IMG/VR virus record: IMGVR_UViG_3300013094_000017
Coordinates: 195,420-259,419 of that record
DNA: 64,000 bases
Direction: 5' to 3' (one strand)
How positions within the stretch are numbered: position 1 is the first letter of the stretch; every line of letters begins with the position of its first letter. Shown in pieces: positions 37,567 through 45,846 of this stretch. Below the pieces are notes generated by a model. It was not told the DNA's origin. It ran no database searches and was given only the letters and a program-made list of their open reading frames with translations. Position numbers and translations under genes: made by a program.

Positions 37567-38287
37567 TGGGCCTACCTTGACTCGAACTAAATACTATTAT
37601 GAAACTAGAACTTACTCCGCAGCGTATTGCAGCTAACAAAAAGAACTGCCTACTAGGAGGAGCAGCATTTGCCGCTAAAATGTCATCAGCATATAATGCT
37701 AATCCCAGCTATTGTAATCAATGCAGCACTATATTACCTCAGAGCAAGAAAAACAATAAATTCTGTAATTCCTCTTGTTCTGCAAAATATAGCAATGCAC
37801 GCAAGGACTATTCAAAGTTCACACCAGGACCTGTTCCTAAACCTAAAGATCCTACAGCGGGGTCAGCACCCTATAGTACATTATTCCGTTGTGAGTGTAA
37901 ACATTGCGGAGTAATTAAGCTGTATCGATCTCAAACCAAGTATTGTCCTGAACACAGGGATCTTTATAGCCACGCAGGCCGAGCTAAGTATTGGTTCACA
38001 TTTAACGTGTTTCATTACCCTGATCTGTTTGATCTAAACTGGGTTAACTCTGTGGGATTTCGAAGCTCTTCTAATCCCAATGGAGTTACTAGGGATCATA
38101 AAGTAAGTGTCAATGACGCCATTCGAAACAACTATGATCCCTATTACATAAAGCACGTACTCAACTGTGAGCTAATGCTATTCGCTGAAAATAATAAAAA
38201 GAAAACCAAGTCCTCTATCACCTATGCAGAGCTAGTCATACAAGTTAACCTGTATGATCAGTCTCTGACCAACTGAGCTACAGGCCC
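37567..38287 (-). pseudogene. tRNA gene (Ile-like acceptor) split by an HNH gene
   Basis: 5' piece 38287-38263 GGGCCTGTAGCTCAGTTGGTCAGAG; 3' piece 37587-37567 GTTCGAGTCAAGGTAGGCCCA; acceptor halves GGGCCTG/TAGGCCC pair. Confidence 0.8.
37599..38276 (+). CDS. HNH-type homing endonuclease with zinc-binding repeats
   Basis: CNQC...FCNSSC, CKHC, RDHKVS...HVLNCELM..ENNKK; TAAATA-N5-ATG. Confidence 0.75.
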   Translation: MKLELTPQRIAANKKNCLLGGAAFAAKMSSAYNANPSYCNQCSTILPQSKKNNKFCNSSCSAKYSNARKDYSKFTPGPVPKPKDPTAGSAPYSTLFRCECKHCGVIKLYRSQTKYCPEHRDLYSHAGRAKYWFTFNVFHYPDLFDLNWVNSVGFRSSSNPNGVTRDHKVSVNDAIRNNYDPYYIKHVLNCELMLFAENNKKKTKSSITYAELVIQVNLYDQSLTN

Positions 38288-38297
38288 TAAAACTACA

Positions 38298-38375
38298 GTG
38301 TGAGATCCCAAAGTATCCTTATGGGACGATTTATCTATCCGCTGCGCAGTACTATGTACATCGCCAATCTCACAC
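38298..38375 (-). ncRNA. candidate 78-nt structured late ncRNA upstream of the split tRNA
   Basis: TATAAATA (38381-38388, minus) then 5 nt to GTGTGAGA, which pairs with terminal TCTCACAC; internal CGAT/ATCG and TCCCA/TGGGA stems. Confidence 0.45.
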
Positions 38376-38427
38376 TTCTTTATTTATAACTCAAATGATG
38401 TTATACTACACTATATGACTTATAGTA

Positions 38428-38706
38428 TTACCTAGAATAAGTTAACTTGTTCAACAGTTCCTGCCCACAGACTCCCTCAGCAATGTCCATGAGTGCAGCC
38501 ACAGTAGGTTGATGAGCATGTACTTGAGTGGGATCATTTCGCCCAGAGATTAATCTAGCAGTCTGAATCTCACGAGCTCGAACACTGGCACCTAGAATCA
38601 AATAGAATGATTCATTGGCGAACCGCTCCATGGCAGGAGTATTATCATATACCTGCTGAACTTTTCTCACTATCTTCTTTGGTTTATATACTTTAACTTC
38701 ACTCAT
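38428..38706 (-). CDS. rpoZ: RNA polymerase omega subunit homologue
   Basis: ERFANESFYLILGASVRAREI and PTVAALMDIAEG match omega motifs (NRFDLVLVAARRARQ / TTVIALREIEEG). Confidence 0.8.
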   Translation of the reverse strand: MSEVKVYKPKKIVRKVQQVYDNTPAMERFANESFYLILGASVRAREIQTARLISGRNDPTQVHAHQPTVAALMDIAEGVCGQELLNKLTYSR

Positions 38707-38719
38707 ATCATTTCCTTAA

Positions 38720-39790
38720 GGTTATGCAGCGGGGTCACTACATATATAGTGTTATACTATAAGATACATTATACACTATATACACTAGTAAGTCAATGTA
38801 TACTGTATATAGTATAGAATATAAGCTATTAAGATATAGTGAGTATAGTATATAGTATAAGAGATCTATATATACTATACAGCGGGGTCACTACATATAC
38901 AGTAATATAGTATACAGTAATACAGTATACTGTATATACGGTGGGACCTATCGATATATAAGAGGGTATTAGGCAAGGTCAGAACCGCTAGGCCAAGGTC
39001 TAAATATGGTCAAGAATGGTGGCCAAATGGTGGATTCATGGGAGGTTTTTCTGTGAGATTATGGTAAAATCACTATAGAAACTGTGGGAAAATTGCTGCA
39101 AAATTTTTTGAAGGTGGGTGGGGAGAGAGGCTATGCTAGAATACTTCCCCAATGGTTCACCTATTTTCTCATACCTTGTTCACCTATTTTCTCATACCTT
39201 GTTCACCTATTTTCTCATACCCTGTTCTTACTATTCTCACAGTTCTCATGCAGCGGGGTCATACTGTATATAGTATATATAGTAATAAGTTCCCACTATA
39301 GCAAAAGCTCTTTAACTAGGTGTATAGTTCTAGCATACTCTCTTATACTGTATATAGTGTGTATACACTGCATGTATTAGATATACTGCATATAAGGTTA
39401 TATGTATTAGATATAGTGTATATAGTGTATAGTATTGACTTCTAGTAGTATATAGTGTATACTGACTGTATGTATAGATTATGAGTAGCAGAGTATATAT
39501 AGATACCAGCACTTATACATAGTCTATTAATATTGTCCTCACCCACTCAAGGATCTACTATGTTTGCCATATGGTCAGCTATTATACTATTATTGCTTAA
39601 TGGTTCTATACTCAGTGCAGTATTTGTTTTAACCATATACATGATCAAGTGCGGTTAATGAACCTATTAGATTTCGTATAGTTTAATTTATTCACTGTAT
39701 ATAAACTCATAGTTTAGTTATACGTATATATTTAAACTCTCAAGATCTTCCTCTAACTCCTAGAGTATCTAGTAAATATCCATTTGGATC
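38720..39790. other. TA-rich non-coding region with repeats; candidate origin or genome terminus
   Basis: dense TATA/TATAG/TATAC tracts; CAGCGGGGTCA at 38727, 38880, 39251; gene polarity switches here. Confidence 0.5.
39155..39223 (+). repeat. 23-bp tandem repeat x3
   Basis: GTTCACCTATTTTCTCATACCTT x2 plus a 1-nt variant, then a degenerate fourth unit. Confidence 0.92.
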
Positions 39791-39796
39791 CTGCCT

Positions 39797-40006
39797 ATGT
39801 TATTATTCTTTAGTTTATACATTATCTTTGGTCTAGCCCTGGCTGCTCTTGCACACTACCTACTGGATCAGGACCTGATCACTGAACAGCATATGGTTCT
39901 GCACTTTGGTCTAATTGTTCTAGTCAGTTTGATCTTTAGTCTTCCATTTATAGTCTATGTGTTGGTCAATGCGTTATGGAACTGCTTTAGTGAGTCTAAG
40001 CTCTAG
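39797..40006 (+). CDS. small membrane protein
   Basis: two TM helices. Confidence 0.5.
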   Translation: MLLFFSLYIIFGLALAALAHYLLDQDLITEQHMVLHFGLIVLVSLIFSLPFIVYVLVNALWNCFSESKL

Positions 40007-40225
40007 CCTCTTGACCCCGTGAGTCATTTAGTCTATACTATAAGTGACTTCACTTAAGGAAAATTCTCATGCGCCCATGTCCCCACTGCACCCGAAGGGT
40101 TGATGACTCAGCTAATCGGTGTCCCTACTGCACCAGTTGGATCACTCCCGTACCCAATACTGAGGTCAGGGATCTAATTGGTCTGGTCATAGTCATATGG
40201 CTCATATATAAGTTTTGGGGCTAAC

Positions 40226-40474
40226 ATGACTTGGCGTAGGGATCTTGATGTACTGCAAAAGAACTTCACCAATTGGATCTTCACCAATTGGATGCTGATA
40301 CCTCTTGTTAATAAGGCCAGTGGACTAGCTGATGTTAATCAAAGGATGCAGGCCCTGTACCCTGGTCCCTATAGTGTAATAGAAAAATTTGATCCCCGTC
40401 GAGGGTTGTTTGTTCTAGACCTAGAGTTTGCTAGCCCTCAAGCTCGTACTTTATGGCTACTCAAGTGGAGTTAA
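40226..40474 (+). CDS. [KR]W-tail family small protein
   Basis: ends LEFASPQARTLWLLKWS. Confidence 0.65.
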   Translation: MTWRRDLDVLQKNFTNWIFTNWMLIPLVNKASGLADVNQRMQALYPGPYSVIEKFDPRRGLFVLDLEFASPQARTLWLLKWS

Positions 40475-40475
40475 T

Positions 40476-40718
40476 ATGAAATACTTTTGGCCCGGACCCG
40501 GTGCAGATCCTGTACTCACCCACAGATTTAAAGTTAGCCTAGTCACTGATGAAATGTGGCTGTGGTGCGAACAATATGATAGTGGTCTGAGTGTAGACCG
40601 TGACTTTAGACGTTGGAATATTGAGTTTGGCCAGAACCGAGGCCGTGACCATGATGTCATACAGTTTGAATGGGAGCAGGCGGCAATTATGTTTGCTCTA
40701 AAGTTTGAGACCCTATAA
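40476..40718 (+). CDS. [KR]W-tail family small protein
   Basis: ends IQFEWEQAAIMFALKFETL; start 40476. Confidence 0.65.
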   Translation: MKYFWPGPGADPVLTHRFKVSLVTDEMWLWCEQYDSGLSVDRDFRRWNIEFGQNRGRDHDVIQFEWEQAAIMFALKFETL

Positions 40719-41104
40719 TGTGGGATAAGATTCAGGACTGGTATCTAACCTGGCGCACTGGCCGACCTCGCCAGGTACGTGAGTTTGAAGCATGGGCAGA
40801 AGTTACAATAGTCAAGCGTGCTAACACAGCCGAGGCTATGTTTAGGAACTTCAAGTATGTGTTTACAGTTGACTACAACAAGTTCTTTTTTGATGCTGGC
40901 ATGTTTATGGAGTTAGACCCAGGAACTAAACCATATATGTTTCCACAGCGTGAGTTAGGTGATAACTTAGTCTATGCTCACCTGCGTGGAGAGGAAATGC
41001 CAATTGGCCTGTTTCTTATAACTGACTTAGGTGATGAAGATAGACTTTATGTTGCCACAAACAACGGCAAGGATGCTACTATGATAGCACTATTATACGG
41101 TTGA
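40718..41104 (+). CDS. [KR]W-tail family-like protein
   Basis: ends YVATNNGKDATMIALLYG. Confidence 0.6.
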   Translation: MWDKIQDWYLTWRTGRPRQVREFEAWAEVTIVKRANTAEAMFRNFKYVFTVDYNKFFFDAGMFMELDPGTKPYMFPQRELGDNLVYAHLRGEEMPIGLFLITDLGDEDRLYVATNNGKDATMIALLYG

Positions 41105-41396
41105 CTTTTTTGGTAATACCGTGTATACTTAATTTTTGTTAATAGAAAGCTCTATATGAAAAAGATCTCTCGACTAAGTGATTTCCCTTATTCGATTCTT
41201 AAAACGAGAAAAGGACCTAACATGGTTCAGATTATGGCAAGGAAACTAACATGCGAGAAATATTTGCACTAACAGTATTGTTTATGGTGTTTATTGGAAT
41301 TCCATTGATCTTATACTGGCACTACATTACCCTAGCCTCTAAAGCAGAATCCGATATTGAACAGTTTACTCGTCAACTACGTGAAGAAAGAAACAA

Positions 41397-41582
41397 ATGA
41401 AAATCTACTTTGAAAAATTAAATTGGGCCCGTGCGATTGCAATCGCATTTACTATTTGGGGCAGTGTATGCAACTATCCAGAACGCGGCCTATGGGGCAT
41501 TGTTGATGCTGTAGTTCTTGTTTGGCTATTATACGCTTTAGGCTATTGGGCCGCGGAGACCGATCGTGCGTCACAAGATTAA
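41397..41582 (+). CDS. small membrane protein
   Basis: two hydrophobic segments. Confidence 0.5.
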   Translation: MKIYFEKLNWARAIAIAFTIWGSVCNYPERGLWGIVDAVVLVWLLYALGYWAAETDRASQD

Positions 41583-41719
41583 CACACCAACTGTGTACAC
41601 TTTACCTTCGGCGGGCGAAGCACATGCTTTCGTTAAAGGAGTTAACGTTGGATCAAAAAGTAAGGATAAAACTATAGTTGTTTACCCTTGGGGTCGAGAG
41701 GAAGTTGAGGTAATAGTAT

Positions 41720-41977
41720 ATGCGTCATAGAACTAAAACCTTACGCGAAGGCCGTTGGTACAAACTATTCAAAAGTACTAATCCTAAAACTGGTCGATCC
41801 AGCTATACCATACAGGTTGATGTGTATAATTTACGAGCGTGGGATAATGATGTGATACGCAAGCATTTTGACCCAGCAGGCAATCGTGGTAGTAAACACG
41901 GCACACGTTGGAAGTACGGTAATAAAGAAACGGCAGAAAAAGTATTGCTAATGGCAATGATAAAATTTGGAGAATAA
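41720..41977 (+). CDS. hypothetical protein with a family-like tail
   Basis: ends AEKVLLMAMIKFGE. Confidence 0.55.
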   Translation: MRHRTKTLREGRWYKLFKSTNPKTGRSSYTIQVDVYNLRAWDNDVIRKHFDPAGNRGSKHGTRWKYGNKETAEKVLLMAMIKFGE

Positions 41978-43855
41978 TATGGATTACAAAAGATTTCGAT
42001 TTTGGTTTATGCTGTCATTCTGTGTAAATTTTCTAATAGGATTCTCCCAACTGATCTTTGGCTACAATCATTACATTGATCACAAATGGTTACTGTTAAG
42101 AGTTAGTCTAATTCTTAGTACCTGTAATTTTGTCTGTGCCAAAGTAATGTACACTAGATATAAGCAGGTCATCCAAGATGAAAAGGATGAAGTGTGGAGA
42201 ATCTTATCAACTAACTATGAACATCAAATGGAGACCTTCTAATGGAAATGTTTTTTGGATTTGCCATGGGCCTGGGAACAGGGGTATGGGCAATGAATTA
42301 TCTTTGGGAAGAAAAAATCCGAGAGATTATTCGTACAGGCGAGTATACCAGTCTGGTCAACCCTCCAGTTGACAAACCCTAACATCTAGTATATACTATA
42401 CAATATGAATGTACAAAGATTAAGCGAATTAATTAATAACGCACATATTCTAGCTCGGGTATGCGTGGCCAACCCTCGATTGACCAAAGATGAACAGGAT
42501 ATATGTGAGAGTAATCTACGCACCTTAATTGCAGGGCTGTATGCAGAACTAAACGAATCAGCCCCGAATCATGAACGGCTACCGGACTCTATAAAGAGTG
42601 ATTACTAATATGCATGAACTATCTCCTTGGATTGCTAGCCTACTTGCTGCCGTGGTAGCAGTGAATATATTTGCTTTGGTATTCCTTATCATATATGGGC
42701 TAGCACACCTATGGGAACGTAAATACAAGGAAGAGGATCAATGAGATATAAGAAAATCTACATAGCGGTTATGGCCGCACTTCACGGGCATAAGCGTGAT
42801 CCACTTGCGTCCTCACACTGGTACTAATATCATGCTAGATCCTATTCGTCAACAAGTATTAACTATTGCTAATAATAACTCGATGATGTATGTTCACGAA
42901 ACATATCTTGTTCGTTACACCCGTGATATTGTATTAGCCACTATTGCAGATTTAGAGCTCAACGGCTATGACGATGCAGCCAATCAACTCAGAGTTACAT
43001 GGAAAGGACTCCTAGATGACCCCCAATAAACTTCATGCATTAAAGGGTATTGCTTTTCTTTTGGTAGTAGTAATATCAGTACTGATCCTAGTATGTCACC
43101 TAGGAGTAACACCTAGACTGTCAGATGATCAGCGGGCTAAGAATGCCGCAGAAGATCTGGGCTGTGAGTACCTGGGTCGCACCCATGATGTACCTCGTGT
43201 GGGCTTTATGGACTGCGGTGACGGTGACATTCAAATGATGAGGGTATACTAATGAAACCTGTAATTAAACAAATGTGGCAGGATGCATTTGATTATGCAT
43301 TTGATGTCAGTGAACGAGGTCCTAACCTCAGCATGGCCCATATGAATGAAGTGGCATTAGAAAAGTTTGCTGAACTGGTTGTTCGAGATTGTGCTGATCA
43401 TATACTCAACTGTACTGATAGATATCGTAAAGAGTATTTTGCACACTTAATTTTAGACCAATATGGGATTAAAGAATAATGGAATGTGTATATAGTTTAG
43501 GGCCTTTTTGTTGGCATACTGCTCTCAAGTTTTATATTTGGTTGGCTGGTATTATAATGATTTGGACCATGGTGGGTGTTAACTGGTATGTGAGTTACAA
43601 AAATAATCAACGCATTAAAGAACTACGTGCTCGTATTAGAGCTCGTGAAGGAAAGGATAGCATATGAATCGTAGCGCATGGTGGTTGTATTGGGTATCGA
43701 TGATTTATCTAACAGTGGGTATGTTTGATATATTCATCTACAGGTTTTGTCGTACAGGGTATATCCAAGCAGTATGGGTAGTGGTATTAAGTTTGCCATT
43801 ATGGATTAGACCATTGGCACGCAAGTTAAACATGAAATGTGTCTGGGAGGCATGA
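41967..43855 (+). other. run of coupled small hypothetical and membrane genes (41967, 42405, 42796, 43016, 43252, 43479, 43664)
   Basis: ORF track; start/stop overlaps; TTGACA promoter at about 42370. Confidence 0.55.
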
Positions 43856-44245
43856 TGAGTCATTTTAGAGATTGGTATCAAGAAAACGATGTAGAGATTA
43901 CTTGGGCCTTAATTGGTTCTTTAACTGCATTTGGTATTACAGAACTAGGTCAAGGTGATTACCTGTGGGCTACTTTTGATTTTGCCTTTGCCTGTATTAA
44001 TTTTATGTTTAGAAAGGCATAATATGGCTTATGTTGACGTTGAAGTAGAAGTAGAGTTAGATATGTTCAGTGATAAGGAACTTATCGAAGAATGTAAATT
44101 ACGTGGAATGTCTGTTGATGGGGGTGTAGAACATTACTCTGCTCATGATGTCATCCGTGACATCTATAATGCCAAGGCCCGTGGACAAGACTACGAGCCT
44201 TTGTTACGTGATCTATTCTATCGCACACTTGGACGGGTATGCTAA
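43837..44245 (+). other. two small hypothetical genes (about 43855-44022 and 44024-44245)
   Basis: ORF track with likely internal starts MSHF and MAYVD. Confidence 0.5.
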
Positions 44246-45846
44246 CTGATATAGAAATTAATCAAGGGTACAAGCCCTTAAAGCTCTCAAAGCTGGCCTC
44301 TGGGCTAGGCATTGGGGGTAGCGTACAAGAGTGGGGGCCAAATAAGGCCAAGATAGCATTTGATGAAGTTAAGAGCCTTACCCAGGGTAAATTGATCTTA
44401 GTCACAGCCATCACCCCCACCCCCGCAGGTGAGGGTAAGACCACAACCACCATAGGCCTAGCTGATGGGCTACGCAAATTAAACTACTCAAGCATAGTAT
44501 GCCTACGTGAGCCAGCCCTGGGCCCGGTGTTTGGTATGAAGGGTGGGGCTACCGGGGGTGGTCATGCCCAGGTCTACCCTATGGAGGATATCAACTTACA
44601 CTTTACAGGTGACTTCCACGCAGTTGCCTGCGCACACAACTTACTCAGCAGTATGATTGATAATCACTTACATTGGGGCAATGCGCTACGGTTAGACACT
44701 AGCAAGATCACATGGCGCAGAGTCAGCGAAATGAATGACCGTAGCTTACGCAGTACAGTAGTAGGGTTAGGAGCTCATAACAGCATCACCCGTGAAGAGG
44801 GCTTTGATATAGTAGTAGCCTCTGAGGTAATGGCTATATTGTGTCTAGCTGAAGATTTCAAAGACCTAAAGAAACGTCTGGGTAAGATCACAGTTGGGTA
44901 TACCTTAGATGGTAAGCCCGTTACAGCTAAACAGTTAAAGGCGCATGGGGCTATGGCAGCCTTACTTAAAGATGCTGTCAACCCTAACCTAGTACAGACT
45001 TTAGAAGGTACCCCAGCACTAGTTCATGGCGGCCCATTTGCTAACATAGCACACGGATGTAATAGTGTTATTGCTACCAAGTTAGGTTTGAAACTTGCTG
45101 ACTATGTGGTAACAGAAGCAGGCTTTGGTGCTGACCTAGGTGCTGAGAAGTTTATTAATATTAAGTGTCGTAAGAGTGGATTACGGCCAGATGCAGTAGT
45201 CCTTGTGGCCACTGTTAGAGCAATTAAGTACTGGGGTAATTATGATAATTTGGACAAACATATGGCTAACATCAAAGGTTGGTATAACTTACCTTGTATC
45301 GTGGCTATTAATCGTTTTGCAGACGATTCTGATGAAGATATTGCTGAACTAATAGAACATTGTCGAGAAAGAGATGTTGAAGCAGTAGAGTGTACACATT
45401 TTGCAGATGGCGGGGTAGGTGCTCAAGAACTAGCACACGAAGTTGTCTTGGCCATTGACCAATCAAGCAAGCAGATGGAATTGACCTATGCTGATGAAGA
45501 TACATTATGGACTAAGATAAATCATATTGCCAAGAGAATATACGGTGCCGAAGGTGTTCATATGGATGCTAAAGTATCAGCACAGTTAGATCTACTACAG
45601 AAACATTATGGAAAGTATCCAATCTGTATTGCCAAAACACAGAGCAGTTTCAGTGATGATCCTACAGATAAGAACTCAGCAACAGACATACACACACTAA
45701 CTGTGCGTGAGCTACGCCTGTGTACCGGAGCAGAGTTTATTGTGGCAGTATGCGGTAACATCATGACCATGCCAGGACTACCAGAACGGCCAAACGCTGA
45801 ACGTATTGGTATTGACCGACAAGGGCGTATTGAGGGATTAGACTAA
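44239..45846 (+). CDS. fhs: formate--tetrahydrofolate ligase (auxiliary metabolic gene)
   Basis: TPTPAGEGKTTT, GGATGGG, INLHFTGDFHA, HGGPFANIAHG, VTEAGFGADLGAEKF, CIAKTQ, MTMPGL. Confidence 0.97.
   Translation: MLTDIEINQGYKPLKLSKLASGLGIGGSVQEWGPNKAKIAFDEVKSLTQGKLILVTAITPTPAGEGKTTTTIGLADGLRKLNYSSIVCLREPALGPVFGMKGGATGGGHAQVYPMEDINLHFTGDFHAVACAHNLLSSMIDNHLHWGNALRLDTSKITWRRVSEMNDRSLRSTVVGLGAHNSITREEGFDIVVASEVMAILCLAEDFKDLKKRLGKITVGYTLDGKPVTAKQLKAHGAMAALLKDAVNPNLVQTLEGTPALVHGGPFANIAHGCNSVIATKLGLKLADYVVTEAGFGADLGAEKFINIKCRKSGLRPDAVVLVATVRAIKYWGNYDNLDKHMANIKGWYNLPCIVAINRFADDSDEDIAELIEHCRERDVEAVECTHFADGGVGAQELAHEVVLAIDQSSKQMELTYADEDTLWTKINHIAKRIYGAEGVHMDAKVSAQLDLLQKHYGKYPICIAKTQSSFSDDPTDKNSATDIHTLTVRELRLCTGAEFIVAVCGNIMTMPGLPERPNAERIGIDRQGRIEGLD

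Noticed and set aside
37588-38262. Group I intron in the split tRNA
   Set aside because: The insert is almost all antisense ORF, no P/Q/R/S core is visible, and about 28 nt of tRNA are missing rather than interrupted
39155-39223. 23-bp repeats as a mini CRISPR array
   Set aside because: Units are directly adjacent with no spacers
39084-39512. ORFs 39084-39380 (+) and 39330-39512 (-)
   Set aside because: Tyr/Ile/Leu-rich translations of low-complexity TA repeats with no SD or plausible composition
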